Of a stretch of DNA of 64,000 nt, positions 19,246-28,764 are shown one piece after another (the first letter of the stretch is position 1; every line of letters begins with the position of its first letter). Below the pieces are notes generated by a model, which searched no databases, was not told the DNA's origin, and worked only from the letters and a program-made list of their open reading frames with translations. The stretch is from an uncultured Fibrobacteria bacterium. GTDB lineage: Bacteria > Fibrobacterota > Fibrobacteria > UBA11236. The translations under genes were made by a program, and so were the position numbers. Location of the stretch: contig OY970309.1 of the NCBI GenBank assembly GCA_963716395.1, forward strand, positions 1,600,001 through 1,664,000, in the 5' to 3' direction.

Positions 19246-21074
19246 TTTCCAGCCCTTTCCTGAGAGGGGACCAATTTCAAAGTGTAGGAGCGCGTGATCC
19301 CGAATTCCGTGAGATCAAAGGTGACGGCGTCCCGGGTGATGCGCGCCACGTGTCCGTTGTGAACCGGATCGCCCGGGCGCACGGTGAATGAAAGGTTCGA
19401 TTCCTTGATGTTTTCCAGCACGGCCATGGGCCCCTCTCCCTGCCACACAATGCCGACCACCTTCATTTCGTCGATGTCGATGCCGTTGTCGGGCGAGCCC
19501 TGTTCGACCGGAATGAACGGGTCGCGGCGCCCGTAGCTGTTGTAGGTCACGGCCTCGCTGCTTGGAGGGGCGAGATTCACTTTTTCCGAATCCGCCGCTT
19601 TTTGTTCGTCGTCGAGCGCCGTCGGCGGAATCTCCATCTTGGCGCCGGGGGCGGCCAAGGAGAGCTTCGGTTCTTCCGTTTTTTTGCTGTGGACGGCCGT
19701 CGCGGGCGGGGCCGGGGGGGCGGGCGGCTCTTCGGCGCGGGGCTTTCCGGCGGGCGCTACGGCGGCTTGCGCGGCCGTCTGGCGCGCGTGGATCTTGGCT
19801 TGCAGCGCGCGCAACTGGGCCGCCGATAATTCATCCGGGTAGGCGGCCGCCGCGGCCGCAACATAACCGGTATCGTTGTCCGCGACCGCGCGCAGGTACC
19901 CTGCATGTGACCCTAGCCGCCGCAGATTTTCTCCCGCCTGAAGCCAGCGTCGCACGGCGACGGATTTGCCCGGGCCGGCCAAAAGCGGGGCCGAATCGCG
20001 CACCACCACCATGGGTTTGCCGGCTGGGGCCAAGGTGAAGATATGGCTGCTGGTAAGGGCATGGGCGTGTTTTTGATCCAGAGTCGCGCCTTCGGCGAAA
20101 GCCGAGGGCAAGGGGCCGACCGGAACACGGGGCGTTACCGGATGTCGGCTTTTCCAGGAAAAGGCCGGCGTGCCCGGCGGCAGAGGGATCCGCAGCCGAA
20201 CGTTGCTTTTTTCCGCGGTCGGCTGCAGCGATTGCGCCGAATCCAGCAACAGGACGGCCACTAAATCCGAGTCGTGTTCCTGCCAGAAAAGCCCGCGCAC
20301 GCGGCCCAGCGGTCCGAGGTCGAATTTGGCCTCGGGCGGGGCGGCCTCGGTGTGGTGAAAGATCAGTCCCAAGGCGGGCGCCGTACCCGAAGGATTTTCC
20401 ACCCGGTAATCCGGTGTTTGGCCTTGGAATTGAAAACTCACCTCTTCCCATGACCCGGCAGCCGTGATGCGCACCTCACGCAATTTTCCGGGCGAGGCGG
20501 CTGGTGCCGGGGTGGCCGGGGCCGAAGCCTCCGCTGCCGGCGCGGAAGAAGCCGTGGGTGTTACGGGAGGGGCGGCGCTTCCCTGGGCCAGCGACCAGGC
20601 GGCGAGGGAAGCAGCGGATTTGGGGGCTTTGCCCAAGAAGATGCGCAAGATCGAACCGGTGGGAATCAGGCTCCAGTCGGCGGTGGCGGGCAACCGCTTG
20701 AGCGAAAATTCCACACCCAGAAAATCCTTTCCGCTGGGGGAGCGGAAGCGTTGGAGGGTGACGCCGGCGACGGGGGCCTGCGAAGGCAAGGGTGTGAAGC
20801 CCATCGGCAGCGACGTTTCGGTTTCGAGAAAAGAAAACAAGGCGGTCTTGCGGGCCGAGTCGATTTTCTGGAAATAAGGGGGAAAGGAAAAAGTCTGACC
20901 CTCTTCGGGAGGCGCGAAGTGGATTTCGGCCGCGATCTTTCCTGCAAACTTCAAGGTGACATCGGTGATTTGGGGCGAAGCCCAAAGCGGCGCCAAGGCA
21001 CAGGCCAGTACGCCCAAGGCCCGGGCACAACCTGTGCGGAGGGGGAGGAGTCGATGCGAAAAGCCGCGCAGCAT
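19242..21074 (-). CDS. Extended PilP-like protein (AMIN-like and SH3b-like N-terminal domains, C-terminal PilP domain)
   Basis: Lies between pilO and pilQ; C-terminal GRRDPFIP...IDEMKVVGIVW...AVLE; internal LLAGPGKS...LQAGENL...GYV (SH3b-like). Confidence 0.7.
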   Translation of the reverse strand: MLRGFSHRLLPLRTGCARALGVLACALAPLWASPQITDVTLKFAGKIAAEIHFAPPEEGQTFSFPPYFQKIDSARKTALFSFLETETSLPMGFTPLPSQAPVAGVTLQRFRSPSGKDFLGVEFSLKRLPATADWSLIPTGSILRIFLGKAPKSAASLAAWSLAQGSAAPPVTPTASSAPAAEASAPATPAPAASPGKLREVRITAAGSWEEVSFQFQGQTPDYRVENPSGTAPALGLIFHHTEAAPPEAKFDLGPLGRVRGLFWQEHDSDLVAVLLLDSAQSLQPTAEKSNVRLRIPLPPGTPAFSWKSRHPVTPRVPVGPLPSAFAEGATLDQKHAHALTSSHIFTLAPAGKPMVVVRDSAPLLAGPGKSVAVRRWLQAGENLRRLGSHAGYLRAVADNDTGYVAAAAAAYPDELSAAQLRALQAKIHARQTAAQAAVAPAGKPRAEEPPAPPAPPATAVHSKKTEEPKLSLAAPGAKMEIPPTALDDEQKAADSEKVNLAPPSSEAVTYNSYGRRDPFIPVEQGSPDNGIDIDEMKVVGIVWQGEGPMAVLENIKESNLSFTVRPGDPVHNGHVARITRDAVTFDLTEFGITRSYTLKLVPSQERAGK

Positions 21075-21087
21075 GGGCTGGGTCTGC

Positions 21088-21696
21088 CTATTTCTTGGAG
21101 GTGAAGGTGGTCAGTTCGAAGGTGGCCGTGATGGTTTTCGGAATTTCGCCGTGATCGTGCGCGTCGGACACCACCTTGTCGAGGTCGGGGGCTTTTTCGA
21201 TTTCCAATTTGTTGATGGCCGTGGGGTAGCGGAAGTTGGCGATATCGGCCAGCAAACTCCCCAACCCGTGGTAGCTGCTGCTCAAGGTGACCGAATAATG
21301 GTTCTCCTTGTAAAACTCTTTTTCTTCCGATTGCAGCGGGAGGAATTTGGTGGGGATGGTCTGCGAACGGCGGGTGACGGCCGTGAGATCGATGAGCCGT
21401 TTAGGAATGACTTCGCGGTCGGGAAACATCTCTTGCAGCCGCGCGAATTCCTGGTTGGCCACTTCGATTTCGGCTTCGAGATCCTTGAGGCGTTGTTTTT
21501 GCGCCAGGATTTGCCGCAGTTCACCCCTTTTGGTTTCGATTTGCTGATCGAACTGCTTCGATTGCTGGGCATAGTCATGGTATTGCTGCGTGTAGAACAG
21601 ATAGCCCAATCCGCCGACGGCCGCGAGGCAGAGGCCGAAAAAAATCCACAGCTTGGCTTGCAAGGTGAGCAAGGCGTTGAGGTCGAACTTTTTCAC
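21088..21696 (-). CDS. pilO: Type IVa pilus assembly protein PilO
   Basis: TM helix plus coiled coil; MFPDREVIP, EKEFYKE and SSYHGLGSLL; synteny. Confidence 0.88.
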   Translation of the reverse strand: MKKFDLNALLTLQAKLWIFFGLCLAAVGGLGYLFYTQQYHDYAQQSKQFDQQIETKRGELRQILAQKQRLKDLEAEIEVANQEFARLQEMFPDREVIPKRLIDLTAVTRRSQTIPTKFLPLQSEEKEFYKENHYSVTLSSSYHGLGSLLADIANFRYPTAINKLEIEKAPDLDKVVSDAHDHGEIPKTITATFELTTFTSKK

Positions 21697-22313
21697 AGCA
21701 CCTTGCCCTTCACGGCCCCGTTGGCTTCGACCGGCATCCCGGAATTGGGATTCATCTCTATTTTCAAGGTGAAGGAGAAATAGCTTTGATCCGCGTCATG
21801 CTTGAATTCGATGGAAGCCAGTGACACCTGCTGGAAGCAGTCGAGCTTTTCCAACTCCATCATGTATTCCGCCACTTCGGGGAAGACGAAGGTTTTCCCA
21901 TCGATTTCCAGGCCTTCCTCGTCGGCACCACTCTGCTTGATGGACTCCAGCCAGGTGTTGAGCGGCAACGATTTGGATAGCCCTTCAAGCACCCCGATCC
22001 ACTTGCGTTTGTTCACGCTGATGCTTTTCAGCGAGGTATTCTTGGCGTTCTTTTCGTCGCGGATTTTTTCCAATTCGCGGATTTTCTGTTCCACGAAATT
22101 GTTTTGGGCGATTTCCGCCTGTACCTGGGTCAAAGCCGATTTTTTGGTGGCGAGGTTGGCCTCGATGAACTGGCGGCCGGCCACGAACGCCAAGCAGGCT
22201 GCGATCACAATCACGGTTCCCGTCAACGGGCGCCAGTCGAGCAGAAAGGAATAATCCTTCCGGACGACGCGGTATTCAATGGGAAGCAGGTTGACTTGGA
22301 TGTAGTCGCGCAT
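21693..22313 (-). CDS. pilN: Type IVa pilus assembly protein PilN
   Basis: N-terminal IQVNLLP PilM-binding motif, TM helix, LPLNTWL. Confidence 0.9.
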   Translation of the reverse strand: MRDYIQVNLLPIEYRVVRKDYSFLLDWRPLTGTVIVIAACLAFVAGRQFIEANLATKKSALTQVQAEIAQNNFVEQKIRELEKIRDEKNAKNTSLKSISVNKRKWIGVLEGLSKSLPLNTWLESIKQSGADEEGLEIDGKTFVFPEVAEYMMELEKLDCFQQVSLASIEFKHDADQSYFSFTLKIEMNPNSGMPVEANGAVKGKVL

Positions 22314-22314
22314 G

Positions 22315-23397
22315 TCACACCTTGCGCAAGGCCAGGCCCGTGGCCACGGTCAGAATGGTCGAGATATTTTCGGGAATCGGGCCGCTGAAGCGCTTCTCGT
22401 CATAGGCGATGTGGGCCAGCGGGTTGGCGATTTCCACTTCGACGTTGTGGCGCTTGGCCAGAATGCCCGCCAGGTTGCGGATGGTGGCGCCGCCGCCGCA
22501 CAGCACCATTTTTTCCACCTTGAGATTGTTCTCGGAAGACTGGAAATAGCCGAAGGCCAAATCGATTCCCACCGAAAGCTCTTCGGCCGAGAATTCGATG
22601 CTGCGGTTGACCACCGACTGCACCTGGGGTTCGACGTTCTTGCCGCGCAGGATGGTCGAGGCCTCTTCGCGATCGACCTTCAGGTTTTTCATCAGGGTCT
22701 TGAGAAAGAAGTCGCAGGCTGTGGCGATGTCGCGCGTGGAATGGTAGGTGCCGTTCTTCAGAAAGGTGAGGTTGGTCAGATGTTCGCCGATATTGATGAC
22801 GCTGACCACCTTGTTGGCATCTTCTTCGGACGAGGCCAGCAGATAGGCGTTGGTGACCGCGAAAGCGTCGACGTCGATGACCAGGGGCCGCAATCCGGCT
22901 TCGTACAAGAGGTCGATGTACGACTGCATCACCTGGTTCTTGGCGGCCACCAGCAGCACTTCCATCTCTCCCGACTCGGGGGTTTTCGACAGCACCTTGT
23001 AATCGAGCGTGATGTTGTCGACATCGAAGGGGCTGCGTTGCCCGGCTTCCATGAGGATTTGCTCCTCGTCTGATTCGCCGGAATCGATTTTCAGGTGGAT
23101 GCGGTCGGCGATCACGCCGTACGACCACGAAAGCGAAAGCACCACATCTTTGATTTTTCCCGAAGGATCGGTGCGGTGCACCAAGGTCGTCAGCGAATGC
23201 AACAATTCGTCGCGATTCTTGATTTCGCCGCCCGACAAGGTGTCGGGTTTGAGCACGTGAATACCGGCCCCGAGCAGAACGGGTCCGGCTTCGCGATGGG
23301 CGATCCGCGCAATCTTGATGGAGTAATTGCCAATATCAATGCCCACCGTGGTGGGTTCGCTTTGTATCAGGCGGAGAAGGGACTCCCGAATGCTCAC
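22315..23397 (-). CDS. pilM: Type IVa pilus assembly protein PilM
   Basis: VGIDIGNYSIK, EVLLVAAK, IDVDAFA, LCGGGA and VATGLALR. Confidence 0.93.
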   Translation of the reverse strand: MSIRESLLRLIQSEPTTVGIDIGNYSIKIARIAHREAGPVLLGAGIHVLKPDTLSGGEIKNRDELLHSLTTLVHRTDPSGKIKDVVLSLSWSYGVIADRIHLKIDSGESDEEQILMEAGQRSPFDVDNITLDYKVLSKTPESGEMEVLLVAAKNQVMQSYIDLLYEAGLRPLVIDVDAFAVTNAYLLASSEEDANKVVSVINIGEHLTNLTFLKNGTYHSTRDIATACDFFLKTLMKNLKVDREEASTILRGKNVEPQVQSVVNRSIEFSAEELSVGIDLAFGYFQSSENNLKVEKMVLCGGGATIRNLAGILAKRHNVEVEIANPLAHIAYDEKRFSGPIPENISTILTVATGLALRKV

Positions 23398-23444
23398 GCA
23401 ACGGCCCTCATCTTCAAAGGTTTTTGAGGAATTTCAACTTGGCC

Positions 23445-23473
23445 ATTATAGCACCACGTCCGCCGGGAAGCAA
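23445..23473 (-). promoter_or_regulatory. Sigma-70-type promoter of pilMNOPQ
   Basis: TTGCTT-N17-TATAAT with an extended TG. Confidence 0.65.
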
Positions 23474-23502
23474 CCTTTGCCGCTGCATATTTCCAGGCGG
23501 GG

Positions 23503-24603
23503 TCAAGCCGGAAAAGGCGCGCCGCGATCCTGGGCGCCCAGGCGCTGCTTCTCGAACACATAGCGCACGATGCTTTCCTGCTGGGCGGTTTCCAGGCCCA
23601 TGAATTTGAGATGGTGTTCGAAGTCTTCGCGACCGGGTTTAGACACCGCCGCCACGCGCATCACTTCGGCCCGCAGTTCGCGGAAGGTGGCGCCGCCGGG
23701 CAGATCGAAATTCAACGACAGCTTGTGCCCTTTGGGCACGGAAGTGGGCAGCCGCGCGCAGGCTCCTCCTCCGGACAAATCGGCCAGACGGCCCTCCACC
23801 AGGAGGCCGGCGGGCAAAAGGCGATCGTCGGGGCCGGGATGCTCCGGCCCGCTCACGACCAGAATGCGGCAGGGCAAATTGACCTCGACGCGCACCCAAT
23901 TGCGCAATTGTTTGCGTTCCAGGTTGCGCGTGTGGGCCAACACCAGAATGCGATGGGCTGGGCGCACGGCCACCAGCGTGGTGCGAATGCCGTATTCCGC
24001 GTCACCGGGCCGCGTCAACGCGAGCGCGAGTTCGACGCCGGCCCGGATGTTTTCGGGCAGGCGATCGAAAGCCGCCACATGCCACTCGCGTTCGGACACG
24101 AATTGAATCTGGCCTTTGAGAGCGGTGCCCGACATCGTCCACGCAACGGCAAGTCCGTCTCCCAGTTGGCGCGTGCTGCTGAGCGGGATTTCCGCCGGTA
24201 ATTGCAGAAAGCCGAGCTTGAAACGGATGCTGCGCAAAACGCCGTACAGCGCCGGATCGCGAGCTAGGCGGTCTTTCTCTTCGGCCAAAAAAGCTTCGAC
24301 GGCGTCTTCGAAAACATAGGGGGAATCGAAAACCATGTCGGCGCTCATCACTTCGCCGCTGCGCACCACGGCTTTGAGCAGGGAGTTCTCAGTCGCCGAC
24401 AATTCTTTTTGGGTGGCGCACTCTTCAAAGTACCGCCAGCCGATTTGCACCTCTTCTTTGTGGTGGCGGGCCGAGCGCAGAATTTCCAGGAACACCAGCC
24501 ATCCCATGGCTCCGATGAGCAGAAATCCGGCTATCACCACGGCCAATGGATTCATGCGTCCGAAGCCGCTGCCCATGGCGTGAAGCAACTCTTGCACCGA
24601 CAT
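23503..24603 (-). CDS. Membrane-anchored PilZ-domain (YcgR-like) c-di-GMP receptor
   Basis: N-terminal TM helix; QLRNWVR (RxxxR) and DLSGGG motifs; C-terminal ESIVRYVFEKQR. Confidence 0.85.
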   Translation of the reverse strand: MSVQELLHAMGSGFGRMNPLAVVIAGFLLIGAMGWLVFLEILRSARHHKEEVQIGWRYFEECATQKELSATENSLLKAVVRSGEVMSADMVFDSPYVFEDAVEAFLAEEKDRLARDPALYGVLRSIRFKLGFLQLPAEIPLSSTRQLGDGLAVAWTMSGTALKGQIQFVSEREWHVAAFDRLPENIRAGVELALALTRPGDAEYGIRTTLVAVRPAHRILVLAHTRNLERKQLRNWVRVEVNLPCRILVVSGPEHPGPDDRLLPAGLLVEGRLADLSGGGACARLPTSVPKGHKLSLNFDLPGGATFRELRAEVMRVAAVSKPGREDFEHHLKFMGLETAQQESIVRYVFEKQRLGAQDRGAPFPA

Positions 24604-24630
24604 AGAAGCCCTATTTTCCCATAATTCCCG

Positions 24631-24660
24631 TTGCCGGTGCGGAAAGAAGAGCGATAGAAT
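24631..24660 (+). promoter_or_regulatory. Possible sigma-70 promoter for HDOD-fliN
   Basis: TTGCCG-N18-TAGAAT. Confidence 0.45.
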
Positions 24661-24693
24661 GCAAAACGAGGTTCGCTTTCAAAAAAAGACCAA

Positions 24694-25578
24694 ATGCCGG
24701 CCACCGACAACCAACTCAAGGCCGTGGTGCAGAAAATTACCGATCTGCCCACCTTGCCGGCATTGTTCGTCACCCTCACCCGGTTGATTCAAGACCCGCA
24801 TACCTCGGCCGAACAGTTGGGCCGCGCCCTGTCGACCGACATGACCTTGGTGTCGAAAGTGCTGAAGCTGGTGAACTCGGCTTTTTACGGATTTCCCGGA
24901 CGCATCGGCACGGTGTCGCAGGCCATCGTCATTCTGGGATTCAGCTCCATCCGCAATATCGTGCTGACCACGTCGGTGATGAAGATGTGGGAACATCCCA
25001 AATTGCAGAAGCAATTCGATCTCGACGGCTTCTGGCGGCATTCGCTGCAAACCGCGGCGCTATCCAAAGCCCTGGCTATGGAACGGGCCATCCCGTTTAT
25101 GGAAGAGCTTTTCATCGCGGGGTTGCTGCACGATATCGGGCGCATCGTGCTCAGCGGCAAGTTGCCCGAAGATTTTGAAAAAGTCCTCGATTATCGCGCC
25201 CGGCGCCATGTCAGCCTGCTTGAAGCCGAGAAGAAGGTATTGGGGCTGACGCATGCCGAACTCGGCGCATTTCTGGCGAAGAAGTGGAATTTGCCCGCGC
25301 CCTTGGTGGAAATCATCCGCTGCCACCATGCTCCGGAGTTGGCGGATACGAGTCCGGGAGCGCCGCTGTCCGGAGACGCTTCGGCCTCGCTGGCGGTGGT
25401 GCGTCTGGCCGATGCGTTGTCGCGCGTGGTGACCGAGGGAGAATTACCCCCGGGTTATGTGGAAAAGGTCGCGCCGGGTTTGTGGGAGCAAGTCGGATTT
25501 GAATCGCTTCCCGGGGGCGGTTTTCCGGATCGGGCGCGCGAGGAAATCGGCAAGGCTTTGGCCTTCCTCAGCGTTTAA
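24694..25578 (+). CDS. HDOD domain protein
   Basis: LPTLP, KVLKLVNSAFYG, FWRHS, AGLLHDIGR, THAELG...WNLP...HH. Confidence 0.93.
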   Translation: MPATDNQLKAVVQKITDLPTLPALFVTLTRLIQDPHTSAEQLGRALSTDMTLVSKVLKLVNSAFYGFPGRIGTVSQAIVILGFSSIRNIVLTTSVMKMWEHPKLQKQFDLDGFWRHSLQTAALSKALAMERAIPFMEELFIAGLLHDIGRIVLSGKLPEDFEKVLDYRARRHVSLLEAEKKVLGLTHAELGAFLAKKWNLPAPLVEIIRCHHAPELADTSPGAPLSGDASASLAVVRLADALSRVVTEGELPPGYVEKVAPGLWEQVGFESLPGGGFPDRAREEIGKALAFLSV

Positions 25579-25644
25579 GCGTATACTCGGAAGCGCAGGC
25601 ATTGCCGGCACCGGCGGCGGCATCCGGGGAAGCCGGGAGATTTC

Positions 25645-25935
25645 ATGACGGTCGAATACAAAAAGTCGAACAAGAAGCGCCTGACCATCGAGCAATTGCA
25701 AGACGTGTCGCTTCCCGTGAGTTTGGAATTGGGAAAGAAGCGCATGCGCGTGCGCGAGCTCTTGGCCCTATCGCGCGGCTCGATTGTCAAACTCGAACGG
25801 CTGGCCGGCGAGCCCGTCGACCTGGTGATCAACGGACGCGCCATGGCCAAAGGCGAAGTGGCGGTGATCGACGAGAATTTCGCCGTGCGCCTGGTGACTT
25901 TGCTTTCTCCCGAAGAGCGTCTGAAGCTCTTGTAG
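25645..25935 (+). CDS. fliN: Flagellar motor switch protein FliN
   Basis: DVSLPVSLELG...LERLAGEPVDLVING...KGEVAVIDENFAVR. Confidence 0.9.
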   Translation: MTVEYKKSNKKRLTIEQLQDVSLPVSLELGKKRMRVRELLALSRGSIVKLERLAGEPVDLVINGRAMAKGEVAVIDENFAVRLVTLLSPEERLKLL

Positions 25936-26021
25936 GACGCCTCTAAAATATTGAGACTTTTCCTTCGGTCCGCTCCGCCGGCAGACGAGGACTGAGCCAG
26001 TCGAGAGATGGCGAAGGCCGA

Positions 26022-26234
26022 TCAAGCCGCGCGGGCGCGGGGCCAGGAAAGCGGCCGGAAGCGCTGCGCCCGGGAAAAGCCGGGTAACTCGCATGTTTCG
26101 GGGGAGGAGGCGGCTTTCAGCGCGGGTTGCGCCACGCCTTGGTCTTCGGCCGCCCAGTGCAGAAACGGAAAGCTGCGGACTTCGGCCTGATAGACTTCAC
26201 GCAGTTCCCGCGGGGTGACCACTTTGCACCGCAT
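26022..26234 (-). CDS. Possible small hypothetical protein
   Basis: 70-aa ORF with an ATG start in an otherwise empty 420-bp gap; no recognisable motif. Confidence 0.3.
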   Translation of the reverse strand: MRCKVVTPRELREVYQAEVRSFPFLHWAAEDQGVAQPALKAASSPETCELPGFSRAQRFRPLSWPRARAA

Positions 26235-26356
26235 GCCTTTAAACTAGCAAGGGTAGCCCGGGACGGTAAGCTTCGGTACAAAATCTCCGCAGTGAAAGTT
26301 CAACCTCAAGTCGAAGTTCGGCTGCAAGATTTCTTGCCCAAGCCGTTCCGCCGGAT

Positions 26357-27334
26357 TTATAAAGCCGGGTGGTATTTGGCCAGCGAAGGCGCAAGAGTGC
26401 GCACCAGGCGCAACAGTTCGGCCTCCAATGCGGGGCCGCCTTCGGTTTCGCGCACCGAGGCCAGCGGCAAAAACAGGGGGGAGTGGAACAGAGTTCCCAG
26501 CGGAACCGGATTCTTGCGGCTGAATACGGCCTGCACAAAGGTCATGACCTCTTTCTGGCCGCGTTCCGCGTCTTGAACCCGGCCTGCGCGATGCGCCTCC
26601 ACCAACCGCAGAAACAGGCGGGCCGCCTCGGGAATGTTTCCCGTGGCGGTGATCACGCCGTGTCCGCCCAGTTCCAGCAGGGCGAACACGCCGTCGTCTT
26701 CGCCGCTCACCACCGCGAAGTCGGAGTTTTTCGTGGCTTCGATCACGGCGCGGGTATCCTCGCGGTAACGTCCGGGGCTGCGGAAATCCACCGCCTGTTT
26801 GAGCCCGATGATGTTGCGGTCTTCGGCCAGCCGCAGCAGGGTGTCGGGTTCGAGATAGCTGGCGGTGCGTCCGGGAACATTGTAAATCACGATTTTGGCG
26901 CCGGTTTCGCGCGCCAGGGTTTCGTAATGCGCCGCCAATCCGGCCTGGGGCGGATTGTTGTAATACCCGGTCACACACAGGCAGGCCACCGGCCCCGTGG
27001 TCCGGAACAATTCCTGAATGAGATCCACCGACTCGCGGGTGCAATTCGATCCCGCTCCGGCCACAATGGGCACGCGGCCGTCGACGTATTCGGCGGCGAA
27101 GCGGATGAAATCGAGATGCTGCGCGGTGCTGACCGTGGGGCTTTGCCCCGTGGTGCCCACCGGCACCAGACCGTCGACGCCGGCGGCGATGAGGTCGTCG
27201 ATCATGCGGCGCGCTTTTTCATAGTCGATGGAGTTGCGCAGGCGCTTGGGATCGTCGTCGCGCAAGGGCGTGAACAGCGCCGGCCATACGCCGCGCAATT
27301 CCGCCGCCGCGGCGATGCTTTTCACGGAAGACAT
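26357..27334 (-). CDS. dapA: 4-hydroxy-tetrahydrodipicolinate synthase (DapA family)
   Basis: GTTGQS, GAGSNCT, YYNNP, YNVPGRT, Schiff-base lysine in GLKQA, SGEDD. Confidence 0.85.
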   Translation of the reverse strand: MSSVKSIAAAAELRGVWPALFTPLRDDDPKRLRNSIDYEKARRMIDDLIAAGVDGLVPVGTTGQSPTVSTAQHLDFIRFAAEYVDGRVPIVAGAGSNCTRESVDLIQELFRTTGPVACLCVTGYYNNPPQAGLAAHYETLARETGAKIVIYNVPGRTASYLEPDTLLRLAEDRNIIGLKQAVDFRSPGRYREDTRAVIEATKNSDFAVVSGEDDGVFALLELGGHGVITATGNIPEAARLFLRLVEAHRAGRVQDAERGQKEVMTFVQAVFSRKNPVPLGTLFHSPLFLPLASVRETEGGPALEAELLRLVRTLAPSLAKYHPAL

Positions 27335-27408
27335 GGAACGCTAACCTAGCAAGAGCGCGGGCCGGCCGTCCAGCGCCCGCCTGGGGCGCCGCGGCGGGCC
27401 GCCTCGCG

Positions 27409-28764
27409 TCAACCCGCCTGCATCAGTTCGGGATGTTGTTCGAGAAACTTGGTGCTGTAGGTGCCGCGCGCGAAGCGGGGATGGCGGAGGACGCGCTTGA
27501 GCAGGGGAATGGTGGTTTTGACGCCCTCAATGACGAATTCGTCGAGGGCGCGCAGCATGCGGGCGATGGCCTGTTCGCGGTCGGGCGCATGCACGATCAG
27601 TTTGGCGATCAGACTGTCGTAATTCGGCGGCACAATATATCCGGCATAGCAGTGGGTGTCGATGCGCACGCCCAGGCCGCCCGGCAAATGGAAGTCGGTG
27701 ATGAGGCCCGGGCTGGGTTTGAAGTCGTCGAAGGGATCTTCGGCGTTGATGCGGCATTCGATGGCATGCCCCTCGAAGCGCACGTCTTTCTGGGCAAAGG
27801 GGAGTTTTTCGCCCGCCGCCGCCAGAATTTGCAGCCGCACCAAATCCAACCCCGTCACATATTCGGTCACCGGATGTTCCACCTGGATGCGCGTGTTCAT
27901 TTCCATGAAGTAGAACGAACCGTCTTGGTCATAGAGAAATTCGATGGTGCCCGCGTTGGAATAGCCCGCCTCCAAGGCTCCGCGCGCCGCGGTTTCGCCC
28001 ATACGCCGGCGGATTTCCGGAGTGACGGCGGGGCTGGGGCTTTCTTCGATGAGCTTTTGATGCCGGCGCTGCACCGAGCAGTCGCGCTCGCCCAGGTACA
28101 CCATGTTGCCGTGCGCATCGCCCAGCAGTTGAATCTCGACATGGCGCGGCTCGGTGAAATAGCGTTCGAGATACAAATCGCCGCGGCCGAAACAGGCCTG
28201 GGCCTCGGAAGCGGCCACGGCGTAGATTTTGTTCAGCTCCTCCAAATCCTTGGCCACGCGCATGCCGCGCCCGCCGCCGCCGGCGGCGGCTTTGACGATG
28301 ACCGGATAGCCCACGATTTGCGCGGCCGCCGCGGCCTCGGCCAAGGTGGCCACCAGGCCTTCGGACCCGGGAATGGTGGGCACGCCCGATTTGCGCATGG
28401 TGGCCTTGGCCTCGGCTTTGTCGCCCATGCTGCGGATGACTTCGGGCGAAGGGCCGATGAACACCAGCCGGTTGTCGCGGCACACTTCGGCGAACTTGGC
28501 GTTCTCCGAGAGAAAGCCGTAGCCGGGATGCACGGCGTCGGCGTTGGTCAATTCGGCTGCGGCCAAAATCTGCTTGGTGTTGAGATAGCTCTGTTTGCTG
28601 TTGGGCGGGCCGATGCAGATGTCCTCGTCGGCGAAATGCACGTGCAGCGAATGGGTGTCGGCGGTGGAATGCACCGCCACGGTGGAAATGCCCATTTCTT
28701 TGCAGGTGCGAATGACCCGCAGGGCGATTTCACCGCGGTTGGCGATCAGGATTTTTTTAAACAC
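27409..28764 (-). CDS. accC: Acetyl-CoA carboxylase biotin carboxylase subunit
   Basis: [39 protein letters not shown] and [14 protein letters not shown]. Confidence 0.97.
   Translation of the reverse strand: MFKKILIANRGEIALRVIRTCKEMGISTVAVHSTADTHSLHVHFADEDICIGPPNSKQSYLNTKQILAAAELTNADAVHPGYGFLSENAKFAEVCRDNRLVFIGPSPEVIRSMGDKAEAKATMRKSGVPTIPGSEGLVATLAEAAAAAQIVGYPVIVKAAAGGGGRGMRVAKDLEELNKIYAVAASEAQACFGRGDLYLERYFTEPRHVEIQLLGDAHGNMVYLGERDCSVQRRHQKLIEESPSPAVTPEIRRRMGETAARGALEAGYSNAGTIEFLYDQDGSFYFMEMNTRIQVEHPVTEYVTGLDLVRLQILAAAGEKLPFAQKDVRFEGHAIECRINAEDPFDDFKPSPGLITDFHLPGGLGVRIDTHCYAGYIVPPNYDSLIAKLIVHAPDREQAIARMLRALDEFVIEGVKTTIPLLKRVLRHPRFARGTYSTKFLEQHPELMQAG

Noticed and set aside
25990-26017. Hammerhead ribozyme or c-di-GMP-I riboswitch
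   Set aside because: Lacks the CUGANGA/GAAA core and the GGCAAA...GACGCAAA elements; kept only as an unassigned structure.
26357-27334. DapA with GTTGQS/GLKQA variants as a novel aldolase
   Set aside because: The catalytic Thr, Tyr and Lys residues are retained; the variation is too small to claim a new function.
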